A DNA stretch of 60,897 nt, taken from positions 242,088 through 302,984 of the forward strand of contig NW_004797520.1 in assembly GCF_000002075.1 (NCBI RefSeq), in the 5' to 3' direction. This document shows, piece by piece, positions 36,680-48,600 of the stretch. The DNA comes from Aplysia californica. Taxonomy: Eukaryota. Made by a program: the position numbers and the translations under genes. The number at the start of each line of letters is the position of its first letter. Positions within the stretch are counted from its first letter, which is position 1. The notes under the pieces were generated by a model that was given only the letters and a program-made list of their open reading frames with translations, was not told where the DNA came from and made no database searches.

Positions 36680-39600
36680 CTGTAAACAATCAAAACACAA
36701 TGTGGAGTCTGTCCCTGTCATTTTATGCAAGAAAAATTTAGAATTTATGTTAACTGAGACCAAAAATATGAAATTATGCGATTCCGTTAATTTTAACAAA
36801 GAATGATAAAGGAAAATAATCAGAAATTATGCACACAAAAAAATCAAATTTTGCTAAATTATGCGGGGTGCATAAAACGACAGGGACAGTAGAGTTCACA
36901 CGCCACTATGTCAGACTTTCACAGATACGCCATTATTGTCAGGACTTTTTTATGTTGTCAAATTTTTTCAATACGATTGAAGAATAGCAACATTTTTAGA
37001 AAGGTCGTCATTTAATTTTTCCCCGTTTTTTCAGAAGCTCTGACCCGACAAAGATAAAACATGAATTTCAACTGCACCCAAGAAGTATTTTAAAAAAAAA
37101 TTATAGTAGAGGGTTTTACGGCACTCGCAACTGCATAAGGTCATATGAGCGCCAAGGGGTGGGTGTCAACAGAGAAGTCTTTACAGGGAATCAGACCCAC
37201 TCTGCCCACCTCTCTAGCTTCAACAGCACAAGGTCTGCTTCAACTATCAAGGCACCCCGGAAATAGCAGGTCACAAGAGAGTGACAAACATACAAAAGAA
37301 GTAGAGNNNNNNNNNNNNNNNNNNNNNNNNNNNNNNNNNNNNNNNNNNNNNNNNNNNNNNNNNNNNNNNNNNNNNNNNNNNNNNNNNNNNNNNNNNNNNN
37401 NNNNNNNNNNNGAATCAGCCCATTTTCTACTGCACTTGAACGAGAAATGTCTCCCCTTTGGGAATGGCCTAAAGACACTACAGTCAGTGGCACCGCCCCG
37501 GGAGGTACCCAAGATGTCACGGACAGTTGAAACCCATGAGGGGTTGAACAAACAATTCTGCTAAACCATAAGAAAAAGATAAACAATGTTTCTTCAGTGA
37601 TTTACTTTAATTAAACTCAACTAAACAGTCTCTACTATCACCAGTACTCACATAGAAGACAAACACACAGTCTCTTTAGTTTTAGTAAGAGTTTTATGGC
37701 ACTTGCAACACAATAAGGTCATATAAGAGCCGAAGATTAGAGGTGTTACAAGAGAGTAACATACACAAAAAAAATGGAGGGGAGATAATGACAATAGATG
37801 TTTGAAAGGAAAGAAGAAGCAAACCACACCAAAGCACACCCAGAAACACTCACATAGAAGACGCAGACAGTCTCTGCTTCCACGGTGCGACTTTTGGACA
37901 CGGAGGACGAGGACTTCCCTGAGGAGGCCGGGGATGGGTTGTCTTTGATGTTCTTGGGCTCCGGAGTGCTGTGAAGCCTTGAGCTAGGGCGAGACGAGCT
38001 GGCAGGGGCAGCAGGCGGGCTGGGACTCCGGTGAGGGGCGGGGCTTGCCGCCAGAGACGAGTGAGTCGGGGAGAGGGGGATGTCACGGGACGGGGACCCC
38101 GTCGGGGTGCGGGGGGTGGGGTTCGGAGACTGGTGGTGCGTGGGGGATACGGGCAGACTGATGTCGGGCGAAGCAGGAGGAGACGTGGAGCCCGGGGTCG
38201 GGGGTTTGGCAGGCGAGGGGGAGGGCGAGCGTTGCTTCTGCTGTTTGGGTGGCACGGGAGAGAGGGATGGGGGTGAGGCGGGCTTCCGCCGAGATGGAGG
38301 GGGCGGGGTTGGGGAATGGCGGACAGGGGCTGGGGAGTGAGAGGGCGACCGTTTGGTTCGCGAGGGCGACCGTTTGGTTCGCGAGGGCGGCCGCGGCGAG
38401 GTGTCTTGGCTCCGAGCCGGTGGGGGTGCGGGAGATTTCTCCACAGACGAGGATGACATGCGGCTGAGCCTCGGGGGCGACGGACGGGGACGTGGAGGGG
38501 GGGATTTCGACGGTGACGGCGATGATAATGATGAGGACGACAAGGGTGATAATGAGACGGCTCTCTCCTTTTTCTTCTCCTTCCGACCCCTCTTGACGGG
38601 TGATCTGCCCCGTCGCTCTTTGAGGGAAGTTTTGCTCTTTTTCTGATCCTGATGCCGATTGTCTTTGCTCGGAGCGGGAGAGTGGGTAGCCAAATCGGAA
38701 TGGCGGGGAGGGGGAGGTGGGGTTGGCGTCTTGCGCGGAACAGGGGGAGTCGGAGTTTTGCTCGGTGGGGTGGGGTCTCTTGACTTGGGCGACGGGGACG
38801 GAGTGTTGGATCGCGACTTTGAGGACACCGCTAGGGGAGAGGACTTGTGCTTGCTACCACCAGAGCTTCCTGGATGCTTGCCGGGCTTCTTGGGCTTCTC
38901 CTCCGTATTCTGTCCCTTCTTGGTAATATATCTGAAACAAGAGGCAGGCGCAGACGTCTTTTTTTTAAACCCAAACAAATAGAAAAAAAACTGATCACAC
39001 CATCAATGGATATGGAAAATCTCAAAGAAAGCTTCACGTGTTAATATGAAACACATTTTCCTTTTCAATGCCAAAGTTCTTTCAACACTGACCATCCCCT
39101 GCCACACCTTTAAAACATCAACAAGCTTTGGTTTAGTTTTAGTAAGTTTTACAGCACTTACAACACAATAAGGTCATATAAGTGCCGAAGAATAAAGGTG
39201 TTGCAAGAGAGTAACATGCACAAAAAAAGAAGGAGGAGAAATCAGGACGATAGATGTTTGATAGGAAAGAAGGAGCAAACCACACCAGAGCAACCGCATA
39301 TCACCCACATCAACAAGCAAACCCAAAGACAAGATCATCATCTTATCAACACTTTGAGATTTTCCACACCAACAAATTTATCATTCAAGAGGGGGTGGAT
39401 GGACAGAACAGACCCACTCCCTCCTACACTCTCAAAGAGTTACACTTCAACCTCCCAAGCATCCTAAAATCATACGGACATGAACGGGCCAGAAAAAAAA
39501 AGTAAAATAGAAAGTGGTGTAAAAATGAAAAGGAGAAAGAAGTTTAGTTTTACGGCATTTGCAACACATAGGGTCATATAAGTGCCGAAGAATAAAGGTG

Positions 39601-42600
39601 TTGCAAGAGAGTAACATGCACACAAAAAGAAGGAGGAGAAATCAGGACGATAGATGTTTGATAGGAAAAAAGGAGCAAACCACACCAGAGCACCCGTCAA
39701 CCACCCACGAAAGAAGAGAGAAACAAAGTTTTAGTCAGGGTGAGTCAGTATGACGGTGACTATATTTCAGAGGAAATAGTCTAAGATAACAGTAATACCC
39801 AAAAAGTCGCAGGACCTGATCACATCACAGCCACGACAAACCACCAAGATACAAACACAGCATGTCTCAACTTGCCGTCTTTTTGTTTTTAGTAAGGTTT
39901 TACGGCGCTCGCAACTGCATAAGGTCGTATAAGCGCCAAGGGGTGGATTTCAAAAGAGAAGTCCAAACGGAGAATCAGGCGTACTCTGCTCACCTCTCTA
40001 GCCTCAACAGCACAAAGTCTGCTTCGACTATCAAGGCACCCCGGAAATAGCAGTTCACAAGAAAGTGACAAACATACAAAAGAAGTAGAGGAAAAATGAC
40101 GATAGTAAGGATGAGGAAAGAAAAAGCAGCAGTTCCCCGTATGTTGTTTCGACACAGTATGAGCATGACATTGTCGAATCGGCCCATTTACAATTCTACT
40201 GTGCATAAGAACATGTTAATATTCCCCCTTTGGGAATGGCCTAAAGACACTTCAGTCAGTAGCACTGCCCTGGTGGGTACCCACAGAGTATGTCTTAACT
40301 TGCACAGTCTATTCTACAAGAGAAGACAAAAGAGGATGGGGCAGACCTAGAGCAAATTGCTGAGAGAACCTGAACAGATTGATGACGAGAAGAGACCAGG
40401 ATAATATGTATGTGCCATGACGTGGTGGAATCAGGCACTCGTCAATTTTGGGGCATATGGGGTTATTGGTATCATCTTAAAGCCTGTTCATTTGCCATCC
40501 CTTTAGTGAAAAAAATATTGATATATGTTGAATAGAAGTCGAGATGTTTGCGACTGAAGGACGTCAGGGTCGCAGGTTTCAGAGGTAAAATTATCGAAAA
40601 AATGGCTGCCAAACTCTGGTAACTTTCATAACCTAAGAGTCCTTGGAAATTTCAAATTTAAATTTTTTGTGCCTTTCAGTAAAATCCACACAGAAATGTG
40701 TTTTTAAATGGACATAACAGGTGTTAAGCCAAAAAAAAGAAAATTAGACAAAAATTGCTCATCTGCCAAAAAAGATGCAGATTTCTTTGATTTCATTATT
40801 TTGACGAGCGCCTGATTTCACCACCATGCACCACAGAGCTTTTTTTTTAGTATCTGCTCAAAGAAATGAATGTGAGGACCCGTGACCGCAGACGTCGGCT
40901 TCCGATCGGGTACTTCATGACAAACGACAACGATTCTACGACACTCACAATTTGGGGATGGCCCTCGGTGGAGACATGGACTCCCTGGACTCTCTCTTGG
41001 AATCAGAGCTCAGGGCTGGTGAGGCGGGAGAGTTGTCTCCGGTCACCATCATGGACGACGACGGCCCTGCACTGCCGATTTTGATTTTAAGCTTCACGCC
41101 ACCGAGTCCTACAGCAGGGGACGACTCGCGGGATTCTCGAGATTCCTGCTGAGGACACAATCAGGACAAAAATATTGACATTTTTTTCAGGGATAGTAAG
41201 AAGAAAGGACCCCAAAAATAGAAGTAAAATATAAACCCAAAATCACAACAAGAAGAAGAGCTTCGCCTAAAGTGTCACGTTTTGAAAGTTTAATGTCAGC
41301 TTGATCTGACTGTCTTCCATTTTCTAAAAAGTAAATGACTTTAAAAGTACTAAATTCCAGGTGTGAACACAGGAATGAGTCCACACTAACTATAAGCTCC
41401 GTGGCAATGACCACAACGACTACAAACCGACAAAAGAGATGCAAACAGTTATACTATCCTCAGTTTGAGGGTGACTCGAAAGACAGATTTATATTGAATA
41501 AGTCAGTAAAGCACTCAAAAGGCATTGTCACATGAGAACAAATGGAAACTCTGTTTCTGGGATAACCACAGTGAGCACACTCTACTCAGACAACTCAATC
41601 CCCACACACTTATTTGGAAAACAAATCAGCTTCATTCCCTTCTTCCACCCTTTCAATGCCATAATTAAATACATGGCTGGTACGTCATGGAACTGCACTC
41701 TTTACACACTGCGACCTCAGTGCTTTCTTGTCCTATTTCCATTTTTTCAAACAGTGAAAATGTGACTTCTTCTTAAGCTTACACTTAGTTATGAATTGTT
41801 TTCACTGTTATTAAAAATAGAGATACGACATGGAAGCACTGAGGTCGCGACATCTTGCTAGTGGCCTAATAGGAAATGCAAAACATATCCTACAGAAAGG
41901 GCTAATGAAGAGAAATCGAACAAAAGTACCTGTAATTTATCATAACATTTATACATTTGTTAGTTATCACTCTGAGAAAAGCACCATATACCAATTTTTC
42001 TCAGTTGACCTTTCATATAAACAATTCATTCACAGGGCTCCAAAATTCACATTATTATCACATAAGTTTTTTTTTTCTAGTTCCTTGAAATGCACTGCTA
42101 CCATAATTTGGCACTAACGTATCATATATTTGTGATATAAACCAATAGTACAAATGAGTTTTACTGAAGACTACATGTGACCTCACACACAAGAAAACCT
42201 CGGAACTTTTCCCTTTATTGAACACATTCTGAGACCACGCTATCCCTTAACAAATGAATTCAGACCTATGACTATATGGATGGCACGCCTAAAATAAATG
42301 CTTTGATGCAGTTTATATCATATGAACATTTCAGTGGCGATAAAATAATCATTAAAAAATCCCAAATTGTGCAGAAGCAATACTAGCACTTTTCAAACAA
42401 AGTCACGAGCTATCATGACTTCATGAAATTTGCAGAACCCCCAAAGAAATAATTTAAATGCTGGTCATGAGAAAATCTACGAAAATAAAGAAAGAATTTC
42501 CTGTATAATTTGGTTAGCTTGGTGATCTGAGAACTACAAGTCTTTTTAATTAAGTCATGGTAGGGTGGGGTGGGGGGTGGGAGAGAGGAGGATAAAGGTA

Positions 42601-45600
42601 AGTAAACCAACATAAATAAAAAATCTGAAAAGAAGCAGATAGGTACAAAAAGACCTCTGAAGAAGCCTGGTAAGGAACACAGCACACAACACAGTACTCA
42701 CCAAGTAACCCATCTGTGGATGAAAGCAGCGGTAAAGGTCAACCTGAGCGCCCCAGTCTTAAAATGGAAGTTTAAAAAATTGTCTTTCCCACAGAACACC
42801 ACGGCTACATCCATGTTGGTCCCACAGAGAGTGGGGACCTGGGATGTGTGTGGCCGGTCAAGCAATGTTTAGTTTTACTAATTTAGTACATGTTTTACAG
42901 CACTTGCGACATAATAAGGTCATATAAGTGCCGAAGATTAGAGGTGTTACAAGAGAGCAACAAACACAAAAAAGAAGGAGGAGAGATCAGGACGATAGAT
43001 GTTTGACAGGAAAGAAGGAGAGCAAATCACATCGAGCACCTGCCAACCACCCACTTGGTCATATAAGTTCCGAACAGAGGGCTCAGGTAGACCTTTACTA
43101 CCAAAGCAGCTACAAACATTTCTAAAGAGAAATGAAAGAAATATGAGGAGCAGACCATCACACACCAACTACACGGGGACTAGGACTAGAACGGTTCACA
43201 GCACAAGGGATAAAATGCAGCACACATCGGGTTAGTGAGTGAGGCTGCCTCAGAGAGCCCAGCCTATCAACACTACTCACTTCTACAGGGCTGCCAACCC
43301 ATCTCCATGGATTTTAGTAATGACCATAAAGAAAATTAGTAATTTCCAATAAAAATTCGTAATAATGCTCTCATTTTCAAATTACTATATTACGACGAAC
43401 AATGCTTCTACTCGTGTACGGTATTATTGTGGGCAAGACTAACTCGCGTGAAGTGGGCCAGCTGTTCCTTTTTTTAGGGGAGGGGGGCAGGGGGATGATT
43501 TAAAGATTGGCGGTTTTCCGACCATTGGCAGACGATTTACAGGTCTGCACTAAGACTTGTAAAATGAAAAAAGAACCAAAAATATTTTTTTTATAGCCAA
43601 AAATCTGGTAACGGTAGAAATTGTAATAAATCGCCTTAAGATCGGAATTTCGCAGTGAGGCTAAAAAAATTGTAATGATTACGAAAAAAACGGAATGGTT
43701 GGCAGCCCTGCTTCTACGGACACAAGGTAGAGAGAAAGGTTCACACATCGGGTTAGTGAGTGAGGTTGCCTCAGAGAGCACACACCCGACACTACTCACT
43801 TCTAGAGGCACAAGGGAGAAAACGCAGTACACATCGGGTTAGTGGGTGAGACTGCCTCAGAGAGCACAGCCGACCGACACTACTCACTTCTAGGGCACAA
43901 GGGAGAGAGAGAAAGGTTCACAATACTCACATGCTTGATTCTCACCTTCACTTTGTCTTCCCTCTTTTTCTCCTTCTCCTTTTCTCTGTCCTTCTCTTTA
44001 TGCTTCTTCTTCTTCTCTTTGTCCCTTTTTTTCTCTTTTTTATCCTTCTTGTGTTCTCTCTCCTGCAAATAACACAACAACACACGATGATAAAGATGAA
44101 GAATTGGTGTTGCTAAAACATCAAGTCATCGAGCCACCAGTTAGTCATATACTCACAGTTTCTCCTGTTGAATCCCGCTGGTCGTTCTGACCATAGTCAA
44201 AATTTGTATGATATATTCTATACAGGCATACCCTACCACTATTTTGCTCTCTTAAGTGCCAAGGAGAAAAGGTGAAACAAAAATGAATCACGTTTTAAGC
44301 TTAACTCTCATTTCTTTTCAAGGGCAGGACTACTGCTTATTCAGCGTTTCAGTCCGGCCATATGAGAGACAGGGAAACAGAGGATGAGTGCACGGTGTGT
44401 CAGATGAGTGCACGGTGTGTCAGATGAGTGCACGGTGTGTCACTAGGCCTCCCAACTCCTAGACAATCTTTGGCTTTTCGAGCTCGACTTGGAGAAACAC
44501 ACAGGTAATCAATGGTCAATTTAGTACTGGGGAAAAGGTAAAACAGAGAGACAGTAACAAAACAGGAATAGAATAAGAGTAAGATCTATCAGAAGCTCCC
44601 CCAGTTTCATTTTGTCATTTGTTGAGTAGTTAGGAAAAGTACATCAACACAATAAAGAGAGAAAGAAGAGAAGTAGGACTTACCAGTAACGCCCTCTAAT
44701 CACCCATATTGAAAACTGGACTTACCCTATGGTTGCATGAGTGCTGAGGGCAGCAAAGCAAAAGATATACTCTTCTTCTAACAACACCAGCTATTTCACT
44801 GCATTTGGCTTACCGAAAACTCTGTAAAACGGACAAATAGATATACCTTAAATATGGAATGCAATACCCAAAAACTGTGGTAGTGCAAGGAAGAGTCACA
44901 ATAACAATTCTATAGCACAAAAAAATTACCTTGTGTTTGTCCCCCTTTGCGTCACTGGCCTTGTCCTTCTCTTTCTCATCCTTCACTTTTTCTTTCTTCT
45001 CTTTCCCCCTATCCCCTTTCTCCTCCTTTGATTTGGACTTCCCTTTCTCCTCCTCTGTCTTCTCCTTCTTGTCCACCTTCGACTTTGACTCCTGCTTCGA
45101 CGGTTTCCCACTGTCGTGGTGATCTGCCCTTGACTCCAGTTTGATCTCCGGAGCGAACAGATCGTCCTCCGGTGGCACATACTTGTGGTGACTCTTGTGA
45201 CCGCCAGAGGGGCCAGAGCTGGACGATGACGACGAGTGATGCTTCGTTGTGCTGGACGAGTGCTGCTCCGATTTGGAGCTTGTGTGAGCAGGAGGGGTGG
45301 GCGCTGGTGGAGGTGGGGGAGGAGGAGGAGGAGGAGGGTGAGGAGGTGAGGAATTCCCCGCAGCACTGGGGCGTCGCGACTTCATGCTGGCGTCGGGGGG
45401 ACTGTCGTTGAACTCGTAAACCTGCAACTCCTCCGAGGAATATTTGTCCGACACAAATGGCTTGATATCGACGGGTGGTGGGTCTGGAGCCTTCTCTTTC
45501 GGCTTCCTCCCAGGCTTCTTCTTCACCTTTTTGTCTTTGTCTTTATTTTTCACGCTAGCATCTGGCTTGGAGGACGACTCCTCGTTCTGTGACTTCGTTT

Positions 45601-48600
45601 CTCCCTTCTTGCCCTCTCCTTCCTTCTTCTTCTTCCTCGGCCGTCCTGGTTTGGCCGGGCCGTCCCGCAGAACAGCATTAATACTATCGTTAATGGCGTC
45701 GAGGCGAGCTTTCTTCTGCGCTCCTCCCTCACTATCGTTAGTAATACCCTGTTCTGGGGAGGGCTCGCGAGAAGATGATGGTGAGCACAGGTTTCTCAGC
45801 TCCTCGTCAGAGTCAATCACATTCGCTTTCTTCTCCTTTTTCGTCTTCTTGCTCCCCTTCTTACCATCCCTCTCCTCATCGCCCTGCGAGAGATACTTCT
45901 TCAGCTTCTCAGAGGACTGCCCGTCTTTCAGGTGATCGGACACTTTAAGATCTTTGAACCTAGATTTACTGAAAAATTTCGCAGACTTCTTTCCCGACGT
46001 GAGCTTTTTGAGGAATTTTGCAGCAGCTTTGCTACTGGCCGATTTCTTCCCAATTTCCTTTCCTGTCATCTCTAGAGCTGTTTTAGCCGCCTGTTCATGA
46101 CTGAACTGGAGCCCGGAACTTTTCTTGTGCATTTTCTTCTTGCTGCTCTTCCCACCACTCTTCCCGTTGACGGAGGGCTCAGCATCAATGCCCCCTCCAC
46201 CGACAGAAATCTTTGCGCTGTTCCCAGATTCTTTGGTTTTGCCGGAGTTCTCTTTGTTGGCCCCCTCCGAGAGGGTGTGTGGGTTGGGCGGAGGCATGCG
46301 TGGCTCCGGCTTCTTGCCCTGACAGCCCTGCCTGGTGGTGAGCACGCCGTTCTGGTTGAGGAACACACAGGTCATCTCGTAGTGAGAGTGGCCCGCCTCC
46401 TCCGGCAGGTTCGAGTTGGCCAATCTGGGGGCACGCGATGACAAAGTCAACTTATTACGAGAGAACAATCAAGTTAAAACGCGACAGCAAAGTCAACTTA
46501 TAAGGAGAAAACAGTCAAGTTATAACGAAAGAAAAATTTATTTATTATGAGAGAACAATAACGTGACAGCACACTCAACTTATTAGGAGAAAATAATCAA
46601 GTTATAACGAGTAAAAAAATCTATTTATTAATAGAAAAGAAAAAATTATTAAGAGAGAAAAATCTATTTATTAAGAGAGAGAAAAATAAAATTATTAAGA
46701 GAGAATAATCCAGTTAAAACGAGAGAAAAATCTATTTATTAAGACAGAAAAAAATAAACTTATTAAGAGAGGGAAATATATTTTTATTAAGAGAGAAAAA
46801 TCTATTTATTAAGAGAGAAAACAAATACATTTATTAAGAGAGAGGAAATCAAGTTGTTTCCGCAGTCTATGTTCAGTAATAGTTTACAGCTAACCAGCAA
46901 GGTAATAACCACGTTTCACTTTCTTCCAAGGCAATGAAACAGGAAAGGATATGAACTATCATACACAAACATGCATGCAATACTAATGTGACTTGAAACA
47001 AACAAATGTACACAGTTGACATTACAACATCCCCACAGGACTCATTTTATTCGAACTGTTTTCATCCAACTCTTATTCTTTGTGAGCTAAGTATTAAAGC
47101 ACCATGCCTAACCGGCCACGAAATTTCTGTTGCTATTGTGGAAATGCTACTATCATTTCCAGGCACAATTGCGCCCCCCCCCCCCCCCCCCCATCAGTAT
47201 GAACGAAGGTACAGCTTATCAGGGCGCAGCACGGTGAAATGGGAAAACCTCTAGGCCGTGAGTACCCCGAAACATTCCAGGCAAATACGGACAAATCAAC
47301 TCACCTCTGTCTCTTCACCGGGGGCCCCTCTGGAGTGGTACTTGATGCTATTCTTTTCTCGTTCACCAGTTCTTCCTCCCCGTTCTTCTCTTCAGAATTC
47401 GGCTCACTCTTGATGGGAGTTTCGGGTATTACTGCCGGGACTGCCGGTTTTTCTTCCGGGATTTCGTCTGAAGAAAAAAAAAAGCATTCAGGTTCAAATT
47501 AAAGCCTTTCCATATGTAACTGAATTATTTTAAATTAATAAATCATTTTAATGCATGAAATTGATTCAGTTTGTTTTACTTGTGAACTTGAGCTTAACAA
47601 AAAGGCAATGAAAAGAAATTATGATTACATAGACCCAAAAGGAAAAATTGCTAAATTAATTCAAAACTACGCTTTTGGAATCCTGATCAGTCGTGGTGTC
47701 ACATTCTCAGACTCCACTTTAAACAAACAATGTAAATGTTCCTCTCTGTCCAGCCTTTGACTTTCCAGAAACTTGCCAAGCCCTGTAAGTATGGCCTCTT
47801 AACCCGTTCTCACTAAAAAAAAGATACGTCCTTACCAAATATCAAGGCACTGGCCTGCACAATACCAGCTGAAATCAAGCTTGTGAAATAACACCCCCAA
47901 AAAAATTCAATATGTACACAGAAGGTTGCCCCAAGTAAGATTTCCACCAATTTGGATTATCAAAAAATAATCAAATAAATCAAATACACTTGGTGTATAT
48001 ATAATTTTTTTTTTTTTTCCCAAAATTTATTTGCATAAATTGAACAGAAGCACACACTTACCCTTCATGTTGGGGTACATATATGGCAAATGGTCGTCCA
48101 CATGCTCCTCTCTGTGCTGCAAAATTTCGCGACTTCTGGGGTTAGGGAACCCCAGGTCTGATGATCTGGCTGCTGGAAAAGCTACCACTTCATGAGCAAA
48201 GGGCAAAGGATCTACATGTCGCACATAATCCTCCAGCTCCGACACACTGATACCCAGCTGCTGAAAAGTCAATCCCAAGTCATCCAGGTTGGCTTCAGTA
48301 CGGCCATCTGTTTTCAAAAAATAAAATTTACCAAGTTTAACTCACCTTACTATTTTTCGAGGGAAGAGTGAAAAAAGTGGATGGTAGAAAAGATAAAAAC
48401 ATGTGACTAAAATCACTTTAAAAAAAAAAGAGTCTACATTTTAAAAAGTTCTGAACTAATAGAAGAGCAAGTGCATTATATTGACAAAAATTAATGTCAT
48501 GCTATCCAAGAATACAAGACCAATCAGATCAGAATGACAAAGGAGAAAAGGAAATAAACTACCCCTATCAAACGTAGCTTCAGTTTGCTCTAGTGAACAA

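Noticed and set aside
38031-39044. Several + strand Gly/Arg-rich ORFs
   Set aside because: Antisense shadows of the GC-rich TAF3 exon 7; the same applies to 44931-46441.
42702-42743. Possible 42-nt in-frame cassette exon of TAF3 (VDLYRCFHPQMGYL) with CAG/GTGAGT
   Set aside because: No pyrimidine tract, and the acceptor region has an inverted near-copy at ~43078-43100, suggesting repeat origin. It cannot be supported without RNA data.
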